Source of the DNA: Anaerolineaceae bacterium
Lineage (GTDB): Bacteria > Chloroflexota > Anaerolineae > Anaerolineales > Anaerolineaceae
DNA: 57,096 bases
NCBI GenBank assembly: GCA_018060515.1
Contig: JAGOVY010000001.1
Coordinates: 1 to 57,096, forward strand
Reading direction: 5' to 3'
The position numbers and the translations under genes are program-made. The notes below the pieces were generated by a model. That model was not told the DNA's origin. It ran no database searches and worked only from the letters and a program-made list of their open reading frames with translations. The first letter of the stretch is position 1. Each line of letters begins with the position of its first letter. Below are positions 37,018 through 46,555 of this stretch, piece by piece.

Positions 37018-38006
37018 TTGGCAATCCTCATGTTCCTGCTTGTCATAATGATAAGGAAGATTGTGGCGCCAAGCAGCGAAGTGATAATGCCGAGCGGAAT
37101 TTCTCCAACGGTGAGCGTTCTGGCAATATCATCGCAGAGAATCGCAAATACTGCACCCAATGACATACTTAACGGAATAAACTCGGCCGCGTTGGCGCTG
37201 GTGGCTTTGCGCGCGATGTGTGGAATGATCAAGCCAATCCAACCGACGATGCCAGCAACTGAAACAACCACTGCGGTTACAGCTACGCTGGCTACCAACA
37301 AGAGCGTACGCTCTCTACCTACTGCAACACCCAACGAGAATGCTGTTTCATCGCTCAACGATAAAAGATTCAACCGCCATCGCATCAGATATATGATTGT
37401 TAGACCGATAATAATTACAGGCAGTATATAAAAAAGGTCAGTCCAGGTTACCGCATACAGCCCACCCAATAGCCAGAAGACAATCTCAGGAAGTTGTGAC
37501 GTTGGGTCAGCCAGATATTTCAACACTCCCAACCCCGCCGAGAAAAAAGCGGAGACTGCGATACCAGAAAGAATGAGTCTGAGCACCCACCCGCCGTAAC
37601 GGATTCGGCGTGCGATAAAATATGAAAGTACCAAACCCAGCAGTGCAAAAAATGTGGCGCTTACTTCAATAATAAAAGGCGATGTAACCATTAACAAAAT
37701 GGCCAGCGCAGCGCCAAAACCAGCACCCTGAGTAACACCCAAGAATCCCGGCTCAATGAGTGGGTTGCGAAACAACATTTGCATTACGCCACCTGCTGCT
37801 GAAAGAGACATCCCCAAAAGCGCAGCTGTGATCAACCGCGGAAGGCGCAGGTTGAAAACCAACTGTTGGGCAAGTTCATCGGTTTGTAGAACATGCAGCG
37901 GGATAAAAAGGGGTTTCGGGTATCTGCCACTAAATAATGAGACACCCAACACTAACAATGGAAAGGCTATCAGGATAATTGTGTTGATGATTTTTTTTGT
38001 TTTCAA
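37014..38006 (-). CDS. FecCD/BtuC-family ABC permease
   Basis: 330-aa polytopic protein. Contains LRLPRLITAALLGMSLSAAGGVMQ and a C-terminal GEIPLGIITSLLGATIFLIIM, both typical of FecCD. Confidence 0.9.
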   Translation of the reverse strand: MKTKKIINTIILIAFPLLVLGVSLFSGRYPKPLFIPLHVLQTDELAQQLVFNLRLPRLITAALLGMSLSAAGGVMQMLFRNPLIEPGFLGVTQGAGFGAALAILLMVTSPFIIEVSATFFALLGLVLSYFIARRIRYGGWVLRLILSGIAVSAFFSAGLGVLKYLADPTSQLPEIVFWLLGGLYAVTWTDLFYILPVIIIGLTIIYLMRWRLNLLSLSDETAFSLGVAVGRERTLLLVASVAVTAVVVSVAGIVGWIGLIIPHIARKATSANAAEFIPLSMSLGAVFAILCDDIARTLTVGEIPLGIITSLLGATIFLIIMTSRNMRIAK

Positions 38007-38078
38007 CTTAGATTCCAGAATAATGGGGTAGTTGTTACCAACTACCCCATAAGTTAGACTGATCAGGCAATAATAATC

Positions 38079-39233
38079 TTAGAGGTCGCCTTTTACAAGG
38101 GGCAGGATAGTCTCTGTAATTGTGGCTTCATCAAGGTTGTAGTAATCTTGATAGAACCTTTTAACTTCGTCCATCATGTTGATAGAGCTGAACAAATCAG
38201 GATGAAGTTTTGTAGCGATCCATGTCATACCCAATGTCCAGCGTGTATCGGGTTGATCCCAACTTTGAAAATCCACCGGGAAAGCGTATAACTGGTTGTT
38301 CTTCACAGCATCCAGCAAAGCCCACTTGCTGTCAGCTTTTAACCCAGCAACGATATCCTGGGCATTCCCCTTATAATCGACAAGGAGAATAACCTGCGGA
38401 TCCCATACAGCTACCTGCTCGAAAGTAATCGTTGTCCAGCCATCGGTCGGAACATCTGACCAAACTGGTATACCACCGGCCATCTCAACCATTGAGGTTT
38501 GCAGCCAATCCAAAGGTGGAACCTTGAAGGCAATTTCTCCACCCTTATCAGAGTATTGTAATAAGAGGACGGATGGTTTTTCTTCTTCTTTCAATTCGCT
38601 GGTGATGTCGGTAATTCGGGCACTGTTTGCAACATTCAAAGCCACAATTTCTTCAGCCCTTGCAGTGTTGCCAAACAACTCACCCAGCATCATGATGTCT
38701 TTATTGATAGCGTCAGCCGATTCGAGATCTAAGTAAAGTACCTTGATGCCGACTTGTTCCAACAGGTCGCCTACATCCTTCTTCAGGTATGCTTTTAGCA
38801 AAACCACATCGGGTTGCAATGGTGCAATCTGCTCCGCACTGGATCCACTTTCGACCTGTGTCATGTTAGCCGCTTCTGGGAAAATCATTTTGATGAAGTC
38901 ATTTGGTGTTTGACTGCCTGGAACATAAGCTACTACACGCTCTCTGGCTTCAGGAAACAGGAACGCAGCATTGGCGATCATAAAGCCTGCTTTACCTGAA
39001 ATCACGATCCGTGTGGGATGTGAATCAAATTCAACGGTACGGTCAAGCACATCAGTAACAAGCACTTTTTCAGCAGCGGGGGCTTCAGTTGGAGCCTGTG
39101 TCTCCACTACTTCTGGTGCTTGCGTGGCGGGTGGCTCAGTAGCTACTGGTGTTGCCTGAGGCGCAGCCGTACAAGCAGCCATCAGACTTCCGATTAAAAC
39201 AAAAAACACAAACAACTGTAAAGCTCTTTTCAC
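38079..39233 (-). CDS. periplasmic-binding-protein (class III, FecB/BtuF-like) lipoprotein
   Basis: GTG start overlaps the padR stop (GTGA). Lipobox LMAAC, an Ala/Pro/Thr/Glu linker, then a PBP-type body (RIVISGKAG..., VLLVDY). Confidence 0.8.
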   Translation of the reverse strand: MKRALQLFVFFVLIGSLMAACTAAPQATPVATEPPATQAPEVVETQAPTEAPAAEKVLVTDVLDRTVEFDSHPTRIVISGKAGFMIANAAFLFPEARERVVAYVPGSQTPNDFIKMIFPEAANMTQVESGSSAEQIAPLQPDVVLLKAYLKKDVGDLLEQVGIKVLYLDLESADAINKDIMMLGELFGNTARAEEIVALNVANSARITDITSELKEEEKPSVLLLQYSDKGGEIAFKVPPLDWLQTSMVEMAGGIPVWSDVPTDGWTTITFEQVAVWDPQVILLVDYKGNAQDIVAGLKADSKWALLDAVKNNQLYAFPVDFQSWDQPDTRWTLGMTWIATKLHPDLFSSINMMDEVKRFYQDYYNLDEATITETILPLVKGDL

Positions 39234-39817
39234 TTTTCACCTCTTTGAGTGTGTATTATTGGGATCTGGGTTTTGAGCCAGATCAACCATTCAACCATTG
39301 ATTGGATTTGAGAATAACGGAAGTTCCTGGTAAGGTCAGCAAAACTCCCTGATAATTTCGGCGGCACATCAGAACCGAAGATGTTTTCTAACCAGCGCTG
39401 ACAGGTATTAATTTGTTGATCTATGAGTGGTTCAAGGTCGTTGGGTTGGTATTCTGAAATGAAGTAGATTCTTAGCAGAAATTCATGGCGAAAACCACTA
39501 GGATGAATAGCCGGTTCGCGAAGCCAACGCCGTACTGCTTCCTCACCTTTCACAGTGAGCCTATACTCTGTGCGCGCTGGTCTTTGGCTCTCACTCGCTT
39601 GGATGTTGCCCTGGATAAACCCACGCAGGGCAAGTTTCTCCAATTGGGCGTATAAATTTGATATCTTTACATTCCAGATCATTCCCACGCCATTGCTGTC
39701 TGATATATGTTTATGTAGGTCGTAACCATGGCTGGGTCCAGGCAATAGTAAGGCCAGGAGCGTGAGTTCAGAAGTGGAGAGAGGAGATTCTTTATTGGTC
39801 ATATTATGATTATTCAC
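39230..39817 (-). CDS. PadR-family transcriptional regulator with a C-terminal extension
   Basis: LTLLALLLPGPSHGYDLHKHI...LYAQLEKLALRGFIQG...RTEYRLTVKGEEAV. ATG 39802 is an alternative start. Confidence 0.8.
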   Translation of the reverse strand: MNNHNMTNKESPLSTSELTLLALLLPGPSHGYDLHKHISDSNGVGMIWNVKISNLYAQLEKLALRGFIQGNIQASESQRPARTEYRLTVKGEEAVRRWLREPAIHPSGFRHEFLLRIYFISEYQPNDLEPLIDQQINTCQRWLENIFGSDVPPKLSGSFADLTRNFRYSQIQSMVEWLIWLKTQIPIIHTQRGEK

Positions 39818-39902
39818 CTATTGAATACTATTATAACATAAAACGACTTAGAAAACCAAGTTATAATAAGAGCAAAACTACTCAGTAAGAAAGGATTTTG
39901 AA

Positions 39903-40712
39903 ATGGCAGGACAAAATATCGATCTGGCCAAGTTATTCGGCAATGTTGCGACAACCCTTGATGAGAATAAATCCACTTTGAACAAAGCGGATAGTTACAA
40001 TCATGATCATGGGGACAATATGGTGCAAATCTTCGAAGTGGTCACCCAGGCGGTAAAAGCAAAAAGCAACGCTACACCAGCTGAACAATTGGCATATGCC
40101 AGTGAACTTCTGCAGTCGAAAACTCAGAGCGGATCGGCAAAATTGTACGCCCAGGGGTTACAGGATGCCTCAAACAAATTTTCTGGACAAAAAGCAATCT
40201 CAGCCGAAAATGGCGTTCAACTGCTGCAAGCCTTAATGGGCACGCAAAACAAGGTAGCCCCTGAAACCCTAAAAACTCAGGTTAAGCAAAGTGCTAGCCA
40301 ACAGGCTGGTGCTGACTTATTAGGCTCGCTTCTCGGCGGTTTAGGTGGCGCATCTCAAAACCAGGCTGATGATGCCGGAGATATGTTGGGGTCACTTCTT
40401 GGCGGTTTGGTTGGTGGTCAGCAAAGCGCTACTGCGAACAACGGTGCCGGTGATTTGTTAGGTTCGCTCTTGGGCGGGCTTGCTGGTGGTTCAGGCGGAG
40501 ATGGACTCGCAGATGGCAAGCTGGATGTTGCCGATTTGCTTACTGCCGGAATGTCTTATATGCAGGCAAAGCAATCCGGCAGCACCGACCTGAATGCACT
40601 TCTCAGTGCTGTGATGGCTGGCAGCCGCATGGGTTCGCAGGATTATCGCACCCAATCAGGCACACTGGTGGCAAACACACTGCTACAAAGCCTCACAAAA
40701 ATGAAGAAATAA
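39903..40712 (+). CDS. DAK2(DhaL)-like N-terminal domain protein with a Gly/Leu repeat region
   Basis: LNKADSYNHDHGDNMVQIFEVV resembles the DhaL/DAK2 GDGDHGxNM motif. It is followed by three GDLLGSLLGGLxGG repeats. Confidence 0.55.
   Translation: MAGQNIDLAKLFGNVATTLDENKSTLNKADSYNHDHGDNMVQIFEVVTQAVKAKSNATPAEQLAYASELLQSKTQSGSAKLYAQGLQDASNKFSGQKAISAENGVQLLQALMGTQNKVAPETLKTQVKQSASQQAGADLLGSLLGGLGGASQNQADDAGDMLGSLLGGLVGGQQSATANNGAGDLLGSLLGGLAGGSGGDGLADGKLDVADLLTAGMSYMQAKQSGSTDLNALLSAVMAGSRMGSQDYRTQSGTLVANTLLQSLTKMKK
40308..40493 (+). repeat. in-frame tandem coding repeat (3 copies, ~20-24 codons each)
   Basis: GADLLGSLLGGLGGASQNQADDA / GDMLGSLLGGLVGGQQSATANNGA / GDLLGSLLGGLAGGSGGDG. Confidence 0.75.
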
Positions 40713-40758
40713 ACAGCTCTTTAAGTTGGTGAAAAATCTGGTTCTTCCAGCCAGGAAC

Positions 40759-40798
40759 ACTCCCGCAGGCAAAACGTTTGCGGGAGTTTAGTTTTTTC
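40759..40798 (+). terminator. rho-independent terminator
   Basis: ACTCCCGCA / TGCGGGAGT stem followed by TTAGTTTTTT. Confidence 0.68.
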
Positions 40799-40881
40799 TG
40801 CCTCGAATACGGTTTATAATTGTGCCGGCGAACCACCCTTCAGGTTATCTTGCAGGCTGCCAATTCTTTAATGGAGCGTAC

Positions 40882-41718
40882 ATGAGCCTCCACAAGCACA
40901 CACCAATTGAAGCGTCAACAGCGCAAAAAGATCACCTGTTGCCGCAAATTTCATCGCTGCCCTATTTTCGTGGGTTGCTGCGGGCGGTAGAAGCTCGCTT
41001 TTACGAAAACATCGAGCTCCCTTCTCCAACCTTCGACCTGGGCTGCGGTGATGGTCATTTCGCTTCACTGGCATTTAACCGAATACTCGAAGTTGGCCTC
41101 GACCCATGGGAAAAACCTCTGCAAGAAGCAAAAGCTCGCGGTGTTTATGCTACAACAGTGCTTAGTCCGGCCAGTGCAATCCCCTACCCCAACGAAACAT
41201 TTGCCAGCGCAGTCAGCAATTCTGTGCTCGAGCATATTCCAGAGCTCGACCCAGTGCTGCAGGAACTCAACCGAGTGATGCGGCCCGGCGCGCCATTCAT
41301 TTTTTGTGTTCCCAACCATCGCTTTCTCGCGACTCTCTCCATTGGCAAGTGGTTAGACCGGCTGCACTTGCGCGCACTGGGAGACTCTTACCGCCGCTTC
41401 TTCAACCATATTTCCCGTCATCACCATTGCGATGATGCCACAGTGTGGCAAACTCGCCTGCTGAACGCCGGGTTTGAAATCGTCGATTGGTGGGATTACT
41501 TCTCGCCACGTTCACTTCGCATTCTCGAATGGGGGCATTATTTCGGTGTGCCTTCGCTGGTTTCGCACGCTCTCTTCCGCAAGTGGATTCTCGTTCCGCA
41601 TCGATGGAACCTTTTTTTCACCAGCATTATTACCCGCCCCACCTACAACGAGCCGGCAATACAAAAAGAAGGTGTCTACACTTTTTATATTGCCAGAAAA
41701 ATGAATCACGGAAAATAA
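40882..41718 (+). CDS. class I SAM-dependent methyltransferase
   Basis: Motif I TFDLGCGDGHF and the post-I/II segment AVSNSVLEHIPE...MRPGAPFIFCVPN. Start trimmed to ATG 40882. Confidence 0.8.
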   Translation: MSLHKHTPIEASTAQKDHLLPQISSLPYFRGLLRAVEARFYENIELPSPTFDLGCGDGHFASLAFNRILEVGLDPWEKPLQEAKARGVYATTVLSPASAIPYPNETFASAVSNSVLEHIPELDPVLQELNRVMRPGAPFIFCVPNHRFLATLSIGKWLDRLHLRALGDSYRRFFNHISRHHHCDDATVWQTRLLNAGFEIVDWWDYFSPRSLRILEWGHYFGVPSLVSHALFRKWILVPHRWNLFFTSIITRPTYNEPAIQKEGVYTFYIARKMNHGK

Positions 41719-41722
41719 ACCC

Positions 41723-43864
41723 ATGGACGAACCCAGCCTGCTTGATTACCTAAAAGAAAGGCTTAACCTTCGCAGGATTCTTACCGGTGAACGTATAACT
41801 GATTCAGCCATTGCTCCGCATGAGGTGGAAAGCCTGCCTGAACCTGTTCCAGTCAGTTCGCCGCCTGTTCTTGGGTTCCCGTGGCGCTCATTGTTGGCGC
41901 TTGTGATGGGCTTGATTGGGCAGCGTTTTTTTGAACCAGGCGCTCTTACTCCCCAGCTGGGGATTGGGTTCTACTTTATTGCCTTCGGATTGTTGGTATT
42001 CGCTTTGCTCAAAGGAGAATGGCGTGCCGCTCCAATTCCACGAACGCAGGAAACAGGCTTTAATGCTTCAGTTAACAAAATGCCGCTGTTTTATCTTGCT
42101 CCTCTGCTGGTAATCAGTTTCTTCGCCTTTAGCGGAAACCGGTTTAGCGGCATCAACCTGATTTTGTGGACAGTTACTCTCATTGCCGCGCTGGCCGCTT
42201 TCTGGCAGAGAGGTGAAAGAGAAGAAGGTCAGCTCTCCTTCAAAACCCGTATTCAAAATCTGCTGCAGCGCAAAACATTAACCCTGCACCTGAACTGGTG
42301 GACTGTGCTGATAGTTGCGGTATTCGCCATCAGCGCCTGGTTTCACCTCAGCCAGCTCAATGCCGTTCCGCTGGATATGACCAGCGATCATGCGGAAAAA
42401 ATCCTCGATGTCAACGCGGTTTTGAATAGCCAGTTTTCAATATTCTTTCCGCGTAATTCTGGGCGCGAACCGCTTCAGTTTTATCTTACAGCCGCTCTGG
42501 TGCGTTTTTTAGGGCAGGAACTCGGTTTCACCACCCTCAAACTGGGCATGGCGGTGGCGTTCCTGGTTTCATTGGTTTACGTCAATCGATTGGGAAAAGA
42601 AATCGGCAGTCGTTGGACTGGCTTATTTGCCCTGCTGCTGGTGGGTATTGCAGCCTGGACGAATATCCTCGCCAGGTCAGGCATGCGCCTGGTATTAACA
42701 CCGGTATTCGTCGCCCCAGTTTTGTTCTACCTTCTGCGTGGGCTTCGTCTATTCCGGCGCAATGATCTAATCTTGGCTGGCATCTTTCTAGGCTTCGGGC
42801 TTATGGGGTATTCCGCTTTTCGGATTATGCCGTTGGTAGTGCTGCTCACCCTGGTAATTTTTCTCGTTTATCATCCTCAGGCCAGCCAACACAAGGGTTT
42901 TTTCTTTGCCTTTGGCGTCATGGTGATTTTCGCACTTATCATGGCGCTGCCGCTGCTGCGCTTCACGCTGCAGTATCCCGAGCTGATTGCCTATCGCACC
43001 GTCACCCGTATGACTGGCGCCGAACAGACAATTTCCGACCCAATTCTGATTGTTTTTTTGCGTAATTTCTGGAATGCCTCATTGATGCCCTTCTGGCGCA
43101 ACGGCAATACCTGGGTGATCTCAGTAATTAATCGACCTGCGCTTGACCTTGTTTCTGCAAGCTTATATTTATTAGGAATTGTCACTCTGATATATACATG
43201 GCTGCGGCAGAAGGTTTGGCAGTATCTGGCGCTGCTCATTGCCATCCCCGTCTTGATGCTGCCTTCAATCTTCGCCTTGGCTTTTCCGCTTGAAAACCCA
43301 TCTCTCAGCCGCGCCGGCGGCGCGATTATTCCAATTCTGCTTGCGGCTGCCGTCGCACTCGAAAGTATCGTCATCAGCTTGTGGCGGGCTGCAAGAACTT
43401 CAGGCGCTAAAACGCTGGTCGTGCTGACCTGTTGCGCACTTTTGTTTACTTCTGCGGTGCAGAATCATGATCTGGTTTTCAACCAATACCGCCTGCAATA
43501 CCAAAACGCCACCTGGAACACAAAGCAGATGGGAGAAATTGCCAGGAACTATGTGGAGTGGATTGGCAGCCCAGAAAGTGTATTTGTGCTGGCTGTGCCG
43601 CACTGGGTGGATACACGTTTGGTAGCGATGAATGCTGGCTTCGTAGATCGTGATTTCGCCATTTGGGCAGACGATCTGGAATCAACCACTTACATGTCAG
43701 AAGCTAAACTCTTTTTTGTGAAGGCAAGCGACACTGAGGGTATGGAAAAACTGATTCAGCTCTATCCGAGCGGGTTCAGCCAGTTGCATAACAGCCCGGC
43801 ACCGGGGCGGGAATTTTATACCTACCTGGTTCCCCCCGCCATCACAGGTCAATTCCAAAATTAG
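41723..43864 (+). CDS. large polytopic GT-C-fold glycosyltransferase (GT39/ArnT-like), 713 aa
   Basis: Twelve or more TM helices plus a C-terminal soluble domain. The first-loop acidic motif (LDMTSDHAEKILD) is followed by REPLQFYL. It lies 4 nt after the methyltransferase gene. Confidence 0.68.
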   Translation: MDEPSLLDYLKERLNLRRILTGERITDSAIAPHEVESLPEPVPVSSPPVLGFPWRSLLALVMGLIGQRFFEPGALTPQLGIGFYFIAFGLLVFALLKGEWRAAPIPRTQETGFNASVNKMPLFYLAPLLVISFFAFSGNRFSGINLILWTVTLIAALAAFWQRGEREEGQLSFKTRIQNLLQRKTLTLHLNWWTVLIVAVFAISAWFHLSQLNAVPLDMTSDHAEKILDVNAVLNSQFSIFFPRNSGREPLQFYLTAALVRFLGQELGFTTLKLGMAVAFLVSLVYVNRLGKEIGSRWTGLFALLLVGIAAWTNILARSGMRLVLTPVFVAPVLFYLLRGLRLFRRNDLILAGIFLGFGLMGYSAFRIMPLVVLLTLVIFLVYHPQASQHKGFFFAFGVMVIFALIMALPLLRFTLQYPELIAYRTVTRMTGAEQTISDPILIVFLRNFWNASLMPFWRNGNTWVISVINRPALDLVSASLYLLGIVTLIYTWLRQKVWQYLALLIAIPVLMLPSIFALAFPLENPSLSRAGGAIIPILLAAAVALESIVISLWRAARTSGAKTLVVLTCCALLFTSAVQNHDLVFNQYRLQYQNATWNTKQMGEIARNYVEWIGSPESVFVLAVPHWVDTRLVAMNAGFVDRDFAIWADDLESTTYMSEAKLFFVKASDTEGMEKLIQLYPSGFSQLHNSPAPGREFYTYLVPPAITGQFQN

Positions 43865-43865
43865 G

Positions 43866-44603
43866 TTAGCGCTTCAGATGGACAAAATACTGGTAGCGGT
43901 CGCCGCGGTAGAGAATCTTCACGAATTCAACCGGTTTTCTCTCTTGCGAGAATAACAAGCGTTCATTCAATAATAAAGGCGCTCCAGCAGCAATATTCAA
44001 CAATGCCGCTTCTTCAGGTGTTGCCAGCGTCACTTCGAGCGTTTCATCCGCTTCTGTCGGGATGATGTGGAATTTTTCTGCCAGAATGCGATAGAGTGAA
44101 CCTGCCGCCGCCATTTCTTCAGTGGTTATTTGCTGATCATCTGCCAATACTAGGTAAGAAGTCTGTAAGCCGATCGGAACCCCATCACCGAGACGCACAC
44201 GCTCAATGCGATAAACCGTACTGCCTGGCGGCAGTTCCAGGCGCTGTAATACCCTCGGCGCCGGTTCCACCCGCTCAATGCTGCGGATGATTTGCCCGGG
44301 TTCAATGCCCCGCTTGGTCAGATCTTCTGAAAAACTGGTCAAGTCCATCCACCCTTTTTGCAGTTTTTTGGGCGAGACGAAAGTGCCCCGTCCCTGTTCA
44401 CGATAAAGATAGCCCTGCTGCACGAGAGAATCAATTGCCTCGCGCGTGGTCGTTCGGCTGACGTTATAGAGCTTCTCCAACTGGCGCTCAGATGGAATGG
44501 CGGCGCGCGGCGGCCATTCGCCATCTTCGATCTTTTGGCGTAAAATGGAAGCAAGCTGGTAATACTTTGGGATTATGTTATGAGGATCAACGGTTCTTGA
44601 CAT
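43866..44603 (-). CDS. GntR-family (HutC subfamily, UTRA effector domain) transcriptional regulator
   Basis: YYQLASILRQKIEDGEW...IPSERQLEKLYNVSRTTTREAIDSLVQQGYLYREQGRGTFV, plus a UTRA-like C-terminal half. It is divergent from the BMC operon. Confidence 0.87.
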   Translation of the reverse strand: MSRTVDPHNIIPKYYQLASILRQKIEDGEWPPRAAIPSERQLEKLYNVSRTTTREAIDSLVQQGYLYREQGRGTFVSPKKLQKGWMDLTSFSEDLTKRGIEPGQIIRSIERVEPAPRVLQRLELPPGSTVYRIERVRLGDGVPIGLQTSYLVLADDQQITTEEMAAAGSLYRILAEKFHIIPTEADETLEVTLATPEEAALLNIAAGAPLLLNERLLFSQERKPVEFVKILYRGDRYQYFVHLKR

Positions 44604-44616
44604 TTTTCCCTTGCGT

Positions 44617-44655
44617 GGTAAAATAACTCTATATTGGTAATGTGGTCATTACCAG
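44617..44655. promoter_or_regulatory. candidate GntR operator in the divergent intergenic region
   Basis: Perfect inverted repeat TGGTAATG-tggt-CATTACCA (44636-44655), plus an extra TGGTAA half-site at 44617-44622. Confidence 0.45.
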
Positions 44656-44707
44656 TTAGATTATCCGCCTTAATTCATGATTCGTCAAGAGTGGAGTGCC
44701 GCAATTC

Positions 44708-45337
44708 ATGAGCCAGGTTTCAGAAAACGACATCCATGAAATCGTCAAACGGGTCGTGCGCCTGACGCTCGGCAGCGATTCAGCCGCCTCTGCCCCCATT
44801 CAACAAGAAAAAACGCCGCTTTCAACCCCGGTGACAACTGTATCGGATCCTGTTAAAGATGTTCCGGCACAACGCGTGGTCGCCATCGGCACAGACCATG
44901 GCGGTGTAGAAATGAAGAAAATTCTCATCAAAGACCTCACAGAAATGGGCTATAACGTGTTCGATTGCGGTACAAACTCAACCGAGCCGGTGGATTACCC
45001 CGACATTGCTTACGCGGTGGCATTACTGGTTGCGCAAGGAAAAGCCTGGCGCGGTGTAATCCTCGACGGTGCTGGAATCGGATCTTGTATGGCGGCGAAC
45101 AAAGTGCAGGGTATCCGCGCCGCGTTGTGCTATGATTATGCTACGGCGGTTAATAGCCGCGAACATAATGATGCCAACGTTCTCACACTTGGTGCCGGTT
45201 TGATTGGCAACAATCTCGCCAGACAAATTTTAAAGACATGGCTTGCCACTGAATTCGGCGGCGGCAGACATGCAAAACGCGTGGATAAAATAATGGAAAT
45301 TGAAACTAAACCTTACAACGACGGGATGAGGAAATGA
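44708..45337 (+). CDS. rpiB: RpiB/LacAB-family sugar-phosphate isomerase with a ~60-aa N-terminal extension (encapsulation-peptide-like helix plus Pro/Ser/Thr linker)
   Basis: Core [14 protein letters not shown]...[24 protein letters not shown]...[13 protein letters not shown]...GGRHAKRV. N-terminus [21 protein letters not shown] 44696 is an alternative start. Confidence 0.85.
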   Translation: MSQVSENDIHEIVKRVVRLTLGSDSAASAPIQQEKTPLSTPVTTVSDPVKDVPAQRVVAIGTDHGGVEMKKILIKDLTEMGYNVFDCGTNSTEPVDYPDIAYAVALLVAQGKAWRGVILDGAGIGSCMAANKVQGIRAALCYDYATAVNSREHNDANVLTLGAGLIGNNLARQILKTWLATEFGGGRHAKRVDKIMEIETKPYNDGMRK

Positions 45338-46248
45338 CACCGGATCTAAAGACGATTGAAACTCTGGTGGAAATCATCACCCGCGAGGTGCTATTGGCGA
45401 TGGTTGAAGAGGAGGAGAGACAGAAGAACCCTGCTGGAGCAACCTGCCTCATTGAAGTAGCTGATGGAGTTAAGGTAAAAACCTGCTTCGATAACGCTGG
45501 GCGCGTAATCAGCGCCGGCGCCGAACGGCTAACCTCTACTGTTGGCATCATCCCTGAAGATCATTCACTGGCAGGAATGATTGACCATACGTTGTTAAAA
45601 CCCGATGCAACCAGCGACAAAATCGCGCAATTATGTTTTGAAGCCCGAAAATACCATTTCGCTTCTGTATGTGTCAACCCAACACACGTAAAGCTATGCG
45701 CAGACTTATTGAAGGGTTCAGAAGTCAAAGTCTGTACGGTCATCGGCTTTCCACTTGGAGCCACCTCCGCCGAAGTCAAAGCTTTTGAGACTCGAAACGC
45801 ACTGGATAATGGCGCCACGGAGATCGACATGGTGATTAATATTGGCGCTCTCAAAGCAGGCGAAAATGCGCTCGTCGCTCGTGATATCCGCGGTGTGGTT
45901 GAGGTTGCTCACGCTGCCATGGCATTGGTAAAAGTGATCATCGAAACATCATTACTGACCGATGAAGAAAAAGTAATCGCCTGCCTGCTTGCCAAAGAAT
46001 CCGGAGCGGATTATGTGAAGACTTCAACAGGCTTTTCAGGTGGCGGAGCCACCGTGCACGACATCGCCTTGATGCGCCGCGCCGTCGGCCCGGGCTTAGG
46101 CGTCAAAGCTTCTGGCGGCATCCACACCCACGAAGAAGCCGAAGCATTGGTTGCCGCAGGGGCAACCCGCATTGGCGCCAGCGCCGGCGTAAAAATTATC
46201 CGCGCTGACCAAGCCGCAAACCCTGCACCACAGTCAAAGGCTTATTAA
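45334..46248 (+). CDS. deoC: deoxyribose-phosphate aldolase with a ~85-aa N-terminal extension carrying an encapsulation-peptide-like helix
   Basis: Core [11 protein letters not shown]...SVCVNP...[11 protein letters not shown]...EIDMVINIG...VKVIIET...[10 protein letters not shown]...VKASGGI (DeoC catalytic Lys context). N-terminus [22 protein letters not shown] overlap with rpiB. Confidence 0.9.
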   Translation: MTPDLKTIETLVEIITREVLLAMVEEEERQKNPAGATCLIEVADGVKVKTCFDNAGRVISAGAERLTSTVGIIPEDHSLAGMIDHTLLKPDATSDKIAQLCFEARKYHFASVCVNPTHVKLCADLLKGSEVKVCTVIGFPLGATSAEVKAFETRNALDNGATEIDMVINIGALKAGENALVARDIRGVVEVAHAAMALVKVIIETSLLTDEEKVIACLLAKESGADYVKTSTGFSGGGATVHDIALMRRAVGPGLGVKASGGIHTHEEAEALVAAGATRIGASAGVKIIRADQAANPAPQSKAY

Positions 46249-46260
46249 CCGGAGGAGACT

Positions 46261-46551
46261 ATGCTGATCGCAAGAGTGATCGGAACCACGGTTTCGACAA
46301 TAAAAAACGAGAAACTTACCGGGCGGAAATTGCTCATTGTGCGCCAGACAGATGAGCATGGCGAGCCTGTCGGCAAGCCTTTCGTAGCGATTGATACCGT
46401 TGCCGCTGGCGTCGGCGACCTTGTGCTGACCGCTGCAGGTTCAAGCGCGCGCCAAACTGAAATCACCAAAGACACTCCGGTTGACGCGGTGATTATGGCG
46501 ATGATTGATTCATTGGAAGTAGACGGAAAAACAACATTCCGCAAGAGTTAA
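46261..46551 (+). CDS. BMC-P pentameric vertex shell protein (EutN/CcmL/PduN family), paralog 1
   Basis: MLIARVIGTTVSTIKNEKLTGRKLLIV...AIDTVAAGVGDLVLTAAGSSAR; 96 aa, preceded by GGAGGAG. Confidence 0.9.
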   Translation: MLIARVIGTTVSTIKNEKLTGRKLLIVRQTDEHGEPVGKPFVAIDTVAAGVGDLVLTAAGSSARQTEITKDTPVDAVIMAMIDSLEVDGKTTFRKS

Positions 46552-46555
46552 TAGT

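Noticed and set aside
40308-40493. Tandem DNA repeats as a possible CRISPR array or VNTR-type non-coding array
   Set aside because: The repeats are in frame within an intact ORF and encode GDLLGSLLGGL units. The spacers are not unique-sequence units of uniform length.
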